The notes: generated by a model from the sequence alone, not told the origin. Shown: positions 9,930-19,503, counted from the first letter of the whole stretch. The stretch: DNA of 63,999 nt, filler included, from an uncultured bacterium (GCA_964637655.1; 17 parts of 17 records of this genome joined end to end with filler, not necessarily neighbours in it), one strand, 5' to 3'. A program made the numbers and translations.

Positions 9930-10913
9930 ATGCGACTGGGACGGAATTTCACCAATCTGCTGGAGTACGATTACATGCCGGAGGCGGACAAGGAGCGTTT
10001 CCGTGCCGGGACGCTGACGGTGCCCGATATGGACGCCACCTACCAGACGAAGTTCAAGGAGGACATCCGGCGGCAGGTGGACGCGGCCATCGCGTGCGGC
10101 ATGACCCATGTCGAACTCGACGGGGGGATTCCCAACCCGTACCTCGGCATGCCGGCGGCGCTGCGGGCGGAACTGGCGGCCTACGCGAAGGCGAAGGATA
10201 TCACCCTGTCGCTGCACCTGCCCTACACCTTCACCGCCATCGGCACCTGCGGGTTCCAGGAGGAGGACCGGGTGGCGGCCTGCGCCATGCTCAAGCACTA
10301 CCTTGATTTCGCCGCCGACCTCGGCTGCGTCAGCGCGGTGATGCATCCCGGCTCCATTCCCTATTACCAGGCGACGGGTCGCTACCTCGAGATCAGTGAC
10401 GAGCATCTCTTCCGCTCGCTGGTCGAACTGGGGCGCTACGCCAACGGCAAACAGATCGCCCTGCACCTCGAAAACAACACCAAGTGGGACCCGACGCATG
10501 TGCGGCCCGAGGAGTCGCTGCCGCTGCTTGACCGCGTGCGCGCGGAAGGAGTCGAGATCTACTACTGTTTCGACCTGGCGCACACCTTCACCCTCGTGGC
10601 GAAAACGGCCGACATCCCCTATCCGCCCGACGCGGCGTACGAGGCCATCCCGGCGCACTACTACCACGAGATCCACATCGGTGACTTCGTGCCGGAAAAG
10701 GTCCTCTTTCATCCCCCGCTGCACCAGGATGCCGGTCTGCTCAAAGCCGATGACTGGAAACGCATCTTCCGTATTTTCCGGAAGAAGGGGGTCAAAACCG
10801 TGGTGATCGAGACCGCGGTGCGGGAGAAGGACGACCTGATCAACGGCCGGCAGATCATGCTTGACGAGTCGCGCTACATCAAGGCGATTTTCGACAGCGT
10901 CATGGCGGAATAG
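9930..10913 (+). CDS. Xylose-isomerase/AP-endonuclease-2-like TIM-barrel protein
   Basis: LSLHLP, VMHPG, LHLENN, CFDLAH, EIHIGD, VVIET metal-ligand pattern. Confidence 0.85.
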   Translation: MRLGRNFTNLLEYDYMPEADKERFRAGTLTVPDMDATYQTKFKEDIRRQVDAAIACGMTHVELDGGIPNPYLGMPAALRAELAAYAKAKDITLSLHLPYTFTAIGTCGFQEEDRVAACAMLKHYLDFAADLGCVSAVMHPGSIPYYQATGRYLEISDEHLFRSLVELGRYANGKQIALHLENNTKWDPTHVRPEESLPLLDRVRAEGVEIYYCFDLAHTFTLVAKTADIPYPPDAAYEAIPAHYYHEIHIGDFVPEKVLFHPPLHQDAGLLKADDWKRIFRIFRKKGVKTVVIETAVREKDDLINGRQIMLDESRYIKAIFDSVMAE

Positions 10914-10923
10914 GAGAACACCC

Positions 10924-11580
10924 GTGAGCAAACCTTTCCAGGTATTCCTGCTGGGCACCCCGGGGTGCGGCAAGTCGGAAATCTATCGCCGGCTCGAACA
11001 GCGCCTCAAGGACGAGGGTATCGCGTCGCGGGTGCTGCGTATCGACGATTTCCCCAAACTGCACGCCTGCTTTGTTGCGGATGACGAGGCGGAGGCGGCG
11101 GGCAAACCGCGCACCTGGTCGCGCAAGTCGGGCGAACACGGCTGGCTCGTCACCAACCCGGCGGTGTGGGATAAACTGCTGACCATGGTCAACGAGGATG
11201 TGCTGCGCGAGCGGGCGGCGGACACGGCGGTGTTTATCGAGTTTGCCCGTCCCGACATGGTGCGCTCCATCCGTTCCTGTTTCAGCGAAGAGGTGCGGCA
11301 GTCGTCGCTGCTCCTGTATATCTTCTGTCCGTTTGCCATCTGCTGGGAGCGCAACGTGCGCCGGCACGAGGCGGCGGTGGCGGCGGGCGGTGACGACCAT
11401 CTCGTCTCGCGTGAGGAAATGGAAGCAACCTACCGTACCGATGACCACGACGACCTGCACACCCTCGGCATCCCCTTTGTCGTCGTGGACAACCATCTTG
11501 ACGGAACGGCGCAGCTCGAATTCGAAATCGGCAAGATTATGGCCGTGCTGAAACAGCAGCAGGCGGCACGGCAGGCGTAG
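10924..11580 (+). CDS. P-loop small-molecule/nucleotide kinase-like protein
   Basis: LLGTPGCGKS; lid-like CWERNVRR; GTG start after AGGAG. Confidence 0.7.
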   Translation: MSKPFQVFLLGTPGCGKSEIYRRLEQRLKDEGIASRVLRIDDFPKLHACFVADDEAEAAGKPRTWSRKSGEHGWLVTNPAVWDKLLTMVNEDVLRERAADTAVFIEFARPDMVRSIRSCFSEEVRQSSLLLYIFCPFAICWERNVRRHEAAVAAGGDDHLVSREEMEATYRTDDHDDLHTLGIPFVVVDNHLDGTAQLEFEIGKIMAVLKQQQAARQA

Positions 11581-11586
11581 CGCGTC

Positions 11587-11706
11587 ATGGGCGGGTTCCA
11601 GCGCAAGCGGCTCGGGGATATCCTTGTCGACGCGGGGATTATCACCCCCGAGCAGCTGACTGAGGCGCTCGAACGGCAGCGCGAGACGGGGGCGCGGCTC
11701 GGGCAG
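11587..11706 (+). CDS. MshEN-domain protein, probably a PilB/GspE ATPase (3' truncated)
   Basis: RKRLGDILVDAGIITPEQLTEALERQRETGARLG is the c-di-GMP-binding MshEN motif. Confidence 0.75.
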
Positions 11707-11910
11707 NNNNNNNNNNNNNNNNNNNNNNNNNNNNNNNNNNNNNNNNNNNNTTAATTAATTAANNNNNNNNNNNNNNNNNNNNNNNNNNNNNNNNNNNNNN
11801 NNNNNNGACCAACGCCCCGGGGACGGTGGCGCCCGAGCAGGTGCGCGACCTGCACCTGCGGGTGCGTGTGCCGGAAGCGCCGGCGGCGCCGGCGGGCGGG
11901 CAGGCGTAGC

Positions 11911-14133
11911 ATGTTCTTCACCGCGCCGGACCGCGACGCTGCCGACCCGCAGCGCCCGGTCCCGGAACGCTCCTCGTGGCAGGCGGTGCTCTTCTCGCGC
12001 CGCGCGCTCTACCTGGCGCTGCTGGTGGTGCTGCTGACGGCGATGAGTTCGCTGCGGGCGCCGCAGTGGCCTGACGTCCAGACGGGTGAGCGGGCGCCGG
12101 AGACGATTATCGTGCCGACCGCACTGGAGTTTACCGACCATGAGCTGACGGCGGCGCAGCGGCGGCTGGCGGCGGAGAACGCGCCGCGGGTTTTCCGGCT
12201 CGAGCTGACGCGTGACGCGGAACTGCGGGACGGATTGACGCAGGCGCTGACGGCACTGCAGGCGGAAACGGCGGCGGCGGCGGCACTCGGCACCCCGGCA
12301 CGGCAGCGGCAGCTGCTGGCGGCAGCGGAGGAAACCGGGCGCCGGCTGCTGCTGCGCGGCGTGGTGGCCACGGAGGAGGAGGCGGCGCGCCTGGCGGCGG
12401 CGCGGCGCGTGCGCCTGCTGCGCCTGACTGCCACCGGGGACACGCTGGTCGAGGAGTATCCCGCCGGCGGCCTGCCGCCGGTCATCGTGCGCAGCGCCCC
12501 GGTCGATTCCTTTGTCGCGCTGGCGACGCTGGCGCGCACGCCGTCCCCGGAAACGGTCGGACGGCTGCTGGCGGCATCCCTGCCGGTCAACCTGACCTTC
12601 GTGGCGGCCGCGACGCGTCAGCAGGAGCAGGAGGCGGAGCGCCGGGTGCAACCGGTGCTGATCAACGTCCCGGAGGGTGAAATCCTCATCCACAAGGGGG
12701 CGCGGCTGACGGCGGCGCAGAGCCGGGTGCTGAACGAACTGCGGCAGACGCAGGCGCGGTTCGACGGCATGGCGGTGGTCGGCTTCGCGCTGCTTTTTTC
12801 GGTCACCCTCATGGCCTTCCTGATGTTCCTCTACAAGTTCTACCCGGAGACCTATGCGGACGAGCGCGGCCTGCTGCTGCTGGCGCTGCTCTTCATCCTG
12901 CCGCTGGCCATCTGCAAACTGCTGCAATTAGTGACGACGCTCCCCGCCAACCTCATCTACCTGATGCCGGTGCCCGCGGTCAGCGCGCTGGTGGCGCTGC
13001 TCTTCCACCCGCGCCTCGCGGTCTACTTCAACGTGTTTGCCGCGCTGGCGCTGGCGGTCTTCGCCGGCACCGCGCTGGTCCCGTTCATTGTGCACTGGGG
13101 CGCGGGGATGGTGGCGATCTTCGCCGTGGCGCGCATCCAGCGCCGCTCGCACGTCGTGCGCGCCGGGTTGTGGGTGGCGGCGGCGATGATCGTCCTGCTG
13201 CTGAGCGGGTCGCTGCTGGCGGTGGAACCGGGGGAGACGCGCGTGCTGGTGCAGGCGCTGCTGGCGGCGCTGTTCAACGGCGTGTTTATCACCCCGGTGG
13301 CGATTATCGGGCTGCTCGTGTTCTGCGAGGATTTGTTCAACCGCACGACCAATTTCCGGCTGCTGGAACTGGCAGACCTCGGCACGGACGTGCTGCGCGA
13401 ACTGCTGCTCAAAGCGGCGGGCACCTACCAGCACTCGCTGACGGTGGGGATGCTGGCGGAGAACGCGGCGGAGGAGATCGGGGCGCGGGCGCTGCTCGCG
13501 CGCGTCGGCGCCTACTACCACGACATCGGCAAACTCGAGCGCCCGGAGTATTTCGCCGAGAACCAGAACTACATGGAGCAGGGGCGGCACAACAACCTCA
13601 AGCCGTCGCTGTCGGCGGCCATTCTCAAGGCGCATGTCAAGGAGGGGGTGACGCGGGCGAAGGCCAAGCGCCTGCCGCCGGCGATCATCGACATCATCCG
13701 CCAGCACCACGGCACCGGGGTGATGCAGTTTTTCTACTGCCGCGCGCTCGAGGAGGAGGAGGACGGGGCGGTCAACCGCGAGGACTACCAGTACCCGGGC
13801 CCGAAACCGCAGACGCGCGAAGCGGCCATCGTCATGCTCGCCGACAGCGTCGAGGCGGCGTCGCGGACGATGAAGAACCCGACGCCGGTGAACATCGAGG
13901 AACTGGTCAAGAAAATCGTCAACGCGCGGTTCACCGAGGGTGAACTCGAGGAGTGCGACCTGACCCTGCGCGACCTGCAGCATATCGTCGGCACCTTCAC
14001 CCGGCTGCTGACCAGCATGTACCACTCGCGGGTGGAGTATCCCGACGAGCAGAAGGTGCAGGCGCTGGAGCAGGCGAAGCAGGAGGCGCGCGAGGACGAG
14101 GCCCCGGCGGCGGATGATGACCGCCCGGCCTGA
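11911..14133 (+). CDS. 7TM-HD membrane phosphohydrolase (PgpH-like c-di-AMP phosphodiesterase)
   Basis: Extracellular domain, 7 TM, then GTYQHS, GAYYHDIGK..PEYFAENQ, QHHGT, YPGPKPQTRE..MLADSVEAA; typical position upstream of ybeY. Confidence 0.9.
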   Translation: MFFTAPDRDAADPQRPVPERSSWQAVLFSRRALYLALLVVLLTAMSSLRAPQWPDVQTGERAPETIIVPTALEFTDHELTAAQRRLAAENAPRVFRLELTRDAELRDGLTQALTALQAETAAAAALGTPARQRQLLAAAEETGRRLLLRGVVATEEEAARLAAARRVRLLRLTATGDTLVEEYPAGGLPPVIVRSAPVDSFVALATLARTPSPETVGRLLAASLPVNLTFVAAATRQQEQEAERRVQPVLINVPEGEILIHKGARLTAAQSRVLNELRQTQARFDGMAVVGFALLFSVTLMAFLMFLYKFYPETYADERGLLLLALLFILPLAICKLLQLVTTLPANLIYLMPVPAVSALVALLFHPRLAVYFNVFAALALAVFAGTALVPFIVHWGAGMVAIFAVARIQRRSHVVRAGLWVAAAMIVLLLSGSLLAVEPGETRVLVQALLAALFNGVFITPVAIIGLLVFCEDLFNRTTNFRLLELADLGTDVLRELLLKAAGTYQHSLTVGMLAENAAEEIGARALLARVGAYYHDIGKLERPEYFAENQNYMEQGRHNNLKPSLSAAILKAHVKEGVTRAKAKRLPPAIIDIIRQHHGTGVMQFFYCRALEEEEDGAVNREDYQYPGPKPQTREAAIVMLADSVEAASRTMKNPTPVNIEELVKKIVNARFTEGELEECDLTLRDLQHIVGTFTRLLTSMYHSRVEYPDEQKVQALEQAKQEAREDEAPAADDDRPA

Positions 14134-14572
14134 GCGCGCGCCGCTGCGGCTGACGCTGCAGGTCCCGGGCGCCCCGCTGACGGCAGCGACCCTGCGCGCG
14201 CTGGCGCGGCGGGTGCTGACGGCGGAGGGGGTGGACGGGCGGGTCGGCATCTACGCGGTGGATGCGCGGACCATGGCGCAGCTCAATACGCGGCTGCGCG
14301 GGAAGCGCGGGGCGACGGATGTGCTGACGCTGTGCTATACTGAGGGCGCCGCCATCATCGACCCGCAGGACTGGCGCGGCGAGATCTGGCTGTGCGGCCC
14401 GGTGCTGGCGCGGCAGGCGCGCGCGTACGGGGTCAGCGTGGCGGCGGAGTGGCGCCGCTGCCTGGTGCACGGCCTGCTGCACCTGGCGGGCTACGAACAT
14501 GAGGGGGTGCGCGCGGCGGCAGCCCGTCGCATGCGCGCCCGCGAAGACCATCACCTGGGGACGGAACGATGA
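14114..14572 (+). CDS. ybeY: rRNA maturation RNase YbeY
   Basis: LNTRLRGK..ATDVLT; HGLLHLAGYEH. Confidence 0.9.
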   Translation: MMTARPERAPLRLTLQVPGAPLTAATLRALARRVLTAEGVDGRVGIYAVDARTMAQLNTRLRGKRGATDVLTLCYTEGAAIIDPQDWRGEIWLCGPVLARQARAYGVSVAAEWRRCLVHGLLHLAGYEHEGVRAAAARRMRAREDHHLGTER

Positions 14573-15246
14573 AACTGTCAGTGATCATCCCGACGTACAA
14601 CGAGGAGCAGACCATCGAGGAGATCGTGCGCCGCGTGCGCGCGGTGCCGCTGGAGAAGGAGCTCATCGCGGTCAACGACGCGTCGACCGACCGCTCCGGC
14701 GCCATCCTCGATTCCCTCGCGGCGCCCGATTTCAAGGTGCTGCACCACGAGCGCAATCAGGGGAAGGGGGCGGCCATCCGCACCGGGCTGACCGCGGTGA
14801 CGGGTGACATCGTCGTCATCCAGGACGCCGACCTCGAGTACGACCCGGGCGAGTTCCCGAAACTGATCGAGCCGATTATCAAGGGGCATGCGGACGTGGT
14901 TTACGGGTCGCGCTTTCTCGGCTCGCACAGCGCGATGTTCTTCTGGCATTACGTCGGCAACCGCTTCCTCTCGCTGATGACCAACATCCTCTACAATACC
15001 GTGATCACCGACATGGAAACCTGCTACAAGGCGTTCCGCGCCCCGGTGATCACCGGCATCACCATCAAGGCCAACCGCTTTGATTTCGAACCGGAGATCA
15101 CCGCGAAGGTGCTCAAGCAGGGGTGTCGCGTCTTCGAGGTGCCCATCGTCTACATCGGGCGCGATTTCTCGGCGGGGAAGAAAATCACCTGGCGCGACGG
15201 GTTTGCCGCGCTCTGGACCCTGCTCAAGTACCGGGTGGTGAACTGA
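14569..15246 (+). CDS. Glycosyltransferase family 2 (DPM-synthase-like)
   Basis: IIPTYNE, NQGKGAA, IQDADLEYDP, TDMETCYK. Confidence 0.92.
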   Translation: MKLSVIIPTYNEEQTIEEIVRRVRAVPLEKELIAVNDASTDRSGAILDSLAAPDFKVLHHERNQGKGAAIRTGLTAVTGDIVVIQDADLEYDPGEFPKLIEPIIKGHADVVYGSRFLGSHSAMFFWHYVGNRFLSLMTNILYNTVITDMETCYKAFRAPVITGITIKANRFDFEPEITAKVLKQGCRVFEVPIVYIGRDFSAGKKITWRDGFAALWTLLKYRVVN

Positions 15247-15247
15247 C

Positions 15248-15556
15248 ATGGCCCGCTACCTGGTTACCGGCGGCGCCGGGTTCATCGGGTCGAACATCGT
15301 CGACGAACTGCTGCGGCGCGGCGAGTCCGTTACGGTGCTCGACAACTTCACCACCGGCAGCGTGGCCAACCTGCGCGCGGTCGAGGACCGCATCCGCGTG
15401 GTGGCGGGCGACATCTGCGACCTGTCGCTGGTCAAGCAGCTGGCGCGCGAGGCGGACTATATCCTGCACCAGGCGGCGCTGCCGTCGGTGCCGCGCTCGG
15501 TGGCCGACCCGCTCTCCACCAACCGCCACAACGTCGAGGGGTCGCTCAACGTGCTC
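15248..15556 (+). CDS. NAD-dependent epimerase/dehydratase (3' truncated)
   Basis: VTGGAGFIGS; HQAALPSVPRSV.DP. Confidence 0.9.
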
Positions 15557-15656
15557 NNNNNNNNNNNNNNNNNNNNNNNNNNNNNNNNNNNNNNNNNNNN
15601 TTAATTAATTAANNNNNNNNNNNNNNNNNNNNNNNNNNNNNNNNNNNNNNNNNNNN

Positions 15657-16034
15657 CTGGCCGGGAGCGGCACTGGCGTGCGGCACCTGCCGGCTGACGA
15701 TGACGGCAGTGCGCTTGCCGCGGCGCTGTTCGACCCGCTGCCCGCCGGGGCGGAAGCGATGCCGCAGACGGTTGTGGCGCTGCGCCGGCTCTGTGCGGCG
15801 CTTGCCCTGCGGGCCGCACGGGCGACCCCGCCGCTGGTTATCGGGCAGCTGCAGCAGGCGCTGGCGGCCGACCCGCTGCTCGCGGTGGCGCATCTGCTGG
15901 CGGCGGAACAGTGGCTCGCCTGTGACGAAACCGGCGAGGCGACGGCCGCTGTCGCGCGGGCTGCCGCGCTGGCCCCGGGTGCCGCCGGCGTGCTCGCCCT
16001 GCAGGCGAAGCTTTCCCGCCGCCCCGCCCGGTAG
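15657..16034 (+). CDS. C-terminal fragment of a TPR-like protein
   Basis: LQQALAADP and ARAAALAP helical repeats. Confidence 0.4.
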   Translation: MAGSGTGVRHLPADDDGSALAAALFDPLPAGAEAMPQTVVALRRLCAALALRAARATPPLVIGQLQQALAADPLLAVAHLLAAEQWLACDETGEATAAVARAAALAPGAAGVLALQAKLSRRPAR

Positions 16035-16043
16035 CAGGGGAGC

Positions 16044-16305
16044 AGGGGGCCATACTGACACATTGACACATATTATCAACAATTCTATCCACAATCGGCA
16101 ATAGAAGGGGGCCATACTAGCACATTGACACATGTTATCCACAATTCTATCCACAATCGGCAAATTGCACATCTGTTCGATAAATAATACGATATACAAC
16201 AGGCGAGCGGTATGGGTATGTTTAAATGTGTCAATAATGTGACAGACCGCGATTTATGTGGATACTTTGTGGATAACATGTGTCAATGTGTCAGTATGGC
16301 CCCCT
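16044..16305. repeat. AT-rich cluster: two direct 62-bp-period repeats plus one inverted copy, containing six DnaA-box-like 9-mers
   Basis: AGGGGGCCATACT..CACATTGACACAT..TTATC(C/A)ACAATTCTATCCACAATCGGCAA at 16044 and 16106; inverted copy at about 16256-16305. Confidence 0.85.
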
Positions 16306-18348
16306 CCTTGTCAGGGCGCCTGTGGGGCAGGTTGCGACACATTTGTTGCAGTCGGAGCAGCCGGCGTGCTGCAGGGAGAGGCCGAAGGGGGGGGCGACGG
16401 TGACGGCGAAACCGCGCTGCTGGAAGCCGAAGACGGTGAGTTTTTCGAGTTCGGCGCAGGCACGGACACAGCGGCCGCACTTGATGCATTTGTTGGGATC
16501 GCGTTCGATGTGCGGATGACGGCTGTCGACGGGGACCATGATGCGTTCGCCGGCCAGCGGATTGACGGCATCGGCATGAAGGGTGGCCAGGTCGCGCAGG
16601 CGACAGTCGTCAGCCACGCTGCATGAGCAGGAGAGGCAGCGCCCGGCTTCCTGCCGCGCCTGGGTCGCGGCGTAGGTGGCATCGACGGGGAACATGTCCC
16701 GCACCCGCTGCTGCGGATTGCGTTCCGCCATCGGCAGCCGCGGTACGCTTTCGCGGTCGGCATAGATACTGCGTGGAATGGCGGCATTGTCACCGCGTGA
16801 CGAGTTGTACGGTGCGCGCGGCGCGACGACCGGCATGCCCTGCAGAAAGAGATCGATGGCGCGCGCAGCACGTCCACCGGCGCCAATGGCGGCAATCACG
16901 GTAGCCGGCCCGGAGACCGCATCACCACAGGCAAAGACACCGGGGAGTGCGGTAGTCCCGAGCCGCTCGTCGGCATTGACCCATGATTTCGCGGCAATGG
17001 TCTTACCGTCATCGCCCAGCACTTGCAGGTCGATGCTCTGCCCGATGGCGGAGATGATAAGGTCGGCGGGAATGAGGAATTCTGAGCCGGGAACCTCGAC
17101 GGGACGGCGACGGCCCGAGGCGTCAGGCTCGCCCAGCGCCATGCGCACGACGCGCAGCCCGCTGGCGCATCCGTCGCTGAGTTCCACGGCCTGCGGCCCG
17201 GTGAGCAGTTCGAGCACCACACCCTCGTCTTCCGCCTGCTGCACTTCGGCGGCGTGACAGGGCATCTCGGCTTTGCCGCGGCGATAGGAGATGATGACGG
17301 AGGCGGCGCCCAGGCGCAGGGCGGTACGCGCGGCATCGATGGCGGTATTGCCCCCCCCGACGACGACCACCCGTTGTCCGGCCAGCGAGCCGGCGGCGCG
17401 ACCGCCTTCCTGCACCTCGCGCAGGAAACCAATCCCGGAAACAACCCCGGCAGCGTCTTCGCCCGGCACGCGCATCGGGTTGTGCCGCCACGCGCCATGC
17501 GCGATGAGCACGGCGTCATGTTCCGCGCGGAGCTGCGCCAGCGTCAGGTCGCGCCCGAGCGTCACGCCGCAGCGGATGGTAAACCCGCTGCGCTGCAGCA
17601 GGGCGATTTCGAAATCCAGTATCTTGTTCGGCAGGCGGTACTCGGGGATGCCGTAGCGGAGCATGCCGCCCGCTTTAGGCATCTGCTCGCAGACGGTCAC
17701 TGCGTGCCCGAGCAGTGAGAGATAGTAGGCGGCGGTGAGACCGCCCGGCCCGGCCCCGATGACAGCCACGCGCTTTCCCGACGGTGTGCCCGGGGCGATG
17801 TCCGGCGGCGCGATGCGCCCCGCCTGTTCCTCGTCGGCGGCGTAGCGCTTGCAGTTGTCGATGGCGACGGGTGACTCGAGCACCACGCGGCGGCATTCGT
17901 CCTCACACGGGTGCGGGCAGACATAGCCGCAGACGGCGGGGAAGGGATTGACGCGGCGGATAATCGCCAGCGCCACGCACGGATCATCCGCGGCGACAGC
18001 GGCGAGATATGCGGGAATATCGATGCCTGCCGGGCAGGCGCGCGTGCAGGGGGCGACGCAGTCGCCGGTATGCTCGGACATGAGCAGGTTGAGGCAGGTG
18101 CGGCGCGACGCGGCAATGCGCCCGCCGCGGGTGATGACGACCATGTTGTCGAAGACCGGGGTGGAGCAGGAGGGAACGAGGCGGCCGATCCCCTGCACCT
18201 CGACGGCGCAGACGAAGCAGGAGGTGAAATGCGTCAGCTGGTCGTCATGGCAGAGGGTGGGGATGCCGATGCCGTGGCGGCGCGCGACCTGCAGGATGGT
18301 CTCGCCCGGCTGGGCGACGAGCGCGCGCCCGTCGATGGTGACGTTCAT
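16291..18348 (-). CDS. Fe-S flavoprotein: NuoG/HydA-type N-terminal 2Fe-2S domain + GltD-like NAD(P)/FAD domain + 2x[4Fe-4S]
   Basis: GIPTLC..SCFVCAVE..PSC; CTRACP..CPHPCE.ECRR; GAGPGG; GGGNTA.D.AR; KCIKCGRCVRAC; CSDCNKCVATCP; ATGA overlap with the upstream gene. Confidence 0.85.
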   Translation of the reverse strand: MNVTIDGRALVAQPGETILQVARRHGIGIPTLCHDDQLTHFTSCFVCAVEVQGIGRLVPSCSTPVFDNMVVITRGGRIAASRRTCLNLLMSEHTGDCVAPCTRACPAGIDIPAYLAAVAADDPCVALAIIRRVNPFPAVCGYVCPHPCEDECRRVVLESPVAIDNCKRYAADEEQAGRIAPPDIAPGTPSGKRVAVIGAGPGGLTAAYYLSLLGHAVTVCEQMPKAGGMLRYGIPEYRLPNKILDFEIALLQRSGFTIRCGVTLGRDLTLAQLRAEHDAVLIAHGAWRHNPMRVPGEDAAGVVSGIGFLREVQEGGRAAGSLAGQRVVVVGGGNTAIDAARTALRLGAASVIISYRRGKAEMPCHAAEVQQAEDEGVVLELLTGPQAVELSDGCASGLRVVRMALGEPDASGRRRPVEVPGSEFLIPADLIISAIGQSIDLQVLGDDGKTIAAKSWVNADERLGTTALPGVFACGDAVSGPATVIAAIGAGGRAARAIDLFLQGMPVVAPRAPYNSSRGDNAAIPRSIYADRESVPRLPMAERNPQQRVRDMFPVDATYAATQARQEAGRCLSCSCSVADDCRLRDLATLHADAVNPLAGERIMVPVDSRHPHIERDPNKCIKCGRCVRACAELEKLTVFGFQQRGFAVTVAPPFGLSLQHAGCSDCNKCVATCPTGALTRRGPY

Positions 18349-19403
18349 GCGCGGCCCACCGCGTCGACGGGGCAGACCGCGCGGCATTTCCCGCATTTGA
18401 CGCAGCGGGACTGGTCGATGCCATGCGGCTGCTTGACGCTGCCGCTGATGCAGTTGACCGGGCAGGCGCGCGCGCATCTCGTGCAGCCGATGCAGCGCTG
18501 CGGGTCGATGGTATAGGTGAGGAGCGCGCGGCAGACCCCGGCGGGACAGCGCCTGTCGCGCACATGCGCCTCGTACTCGCCGCGGAAATAGCGGAGCGTG
18601 GTGAGCACCGGGTTGGGGGCCGCCTGGCCCAGCCCGCAGAGCGACGCCTCGCGGATGCGCTGCGCCAGTTCCTCGAGGCGCGGCAGGTCGTCGGGGGTGC
18701 CCTGCCCGGCGCCGATGCGCTCGAGGATCTCGAGCATGCGGCGGGTACCGACGCGGCAGAAGGTGCACTTGCCGCACGATTCCTTCTGCGTGAAGGAGAG
18801 GAAGTAGCGGGCGACATCGACCATGCAGGTCCTGTCGTCCATGACGACCATGCCGCCCGAACCGACGATGGCGCCGGTGGCGGTGAGCGCCTCGTAGTCG
18901 ACCGGCGTGTCGAGCAGCGATTCCGGCAGGCAGCCGCCGGCGGGACCGCCGAGCTGCACCGCCTTGAAGGCGCGGCCGCCGGCGATACCGTCGCCGATGC
19001 CGAAGATAACCTCGCGCAGCGTGGTGCCCATCGCCACCTCGACGAGGCCGCCGCGCACGACGCGCCCGGCGAGGGCGAAGACCTTGGTCCCCCTGCTGCG
19101 TTCCGTGCCGCGCGCGGCGTAGGCCTCCGGCCCGTGCGTGATGATGTACGGCACCGCGGCGAGGGTCTCGACATTGTTGATGGTGGTCGGCTTGTCGTGC
19201 AGCCCGCGCACGGCGGGATAGGGGGGACGCAGGCGCGGCATGCCGCGGCGCCCCTCGATGGAGGCGATGAGCGCGGTCTCCTCGCCGCAGACGAAGGCGC
19301 CCGCCCCCTCCTTGATGCGCACCTGCAGGGAGTACCCGCTGCCGAGGATGTCGTCACCGAGGAGGTGTTCCTGCTCCGCGGCGGCGATGGCGGCGCGCAG
19401 GCG
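18345..19403 (-). CDS. NuoF/HydB-like NADH-binding subunit with C-terminal 2x[4Fe-4S] (5' partial)
   Basis: GAGAFVCGEETALIASIEG, ESCGKCTFCRVG, SLCGLG, CIGCTRCARACP. Confidence 0.92.
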   Translation of the reverse strand, partial: RLRAAIAAAEQEHLLGDDILGSGYSLQVRIKEGAGAFVCGEETALIASIEGRRGMPRLRPPYPAVRGLHDKPTTINNVETLAAVPYIITHGPEAYAARGTERSRGTKVFALAGRVVRGGLVEVAMGTTLREVIFGIGDGIAGGRAFKAVQLGGPAGGCLPESLLDTPVDYEALTATGAIVGSGGMVVMDDRTCMVDVARYFLSFTQKESCGKCTFCRVGTRRMLEILERIGAGQGTPDDLPRLEELAQRIREASLCGLGQAAPNPVLTTLRYFRGEYEAHVRDRRCPAGVCRALLTYTIDPQRCIGCTRCARACPVNCISGSVKQPHGIDQSRCVKCGKCRAVCPVDAVGRA

Positions 19404-19503
19404 NNNNNNNNNNNNNNNNNNNNNNNNNNNNNNNNNNNNNNNNNNNNTTAATTAATTAANNNNNNNNNNNNNNNNNNNNNNNNNNNNNNNNNNNNNNNNN
19501 NNN

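Noticed and set aside
7816-15656. Apparent c-di-GMP/c-di-AMP gene cluster (MshEN gene next to PgpH-like gene)
   Set aside because: The two genes are on different contigs separated by a linker, so their adjacency is artificial
16044-16305. Possible CRISPR array
   Set aside because: Only two direct units with about 4 nt between them, and the third copy is inverted
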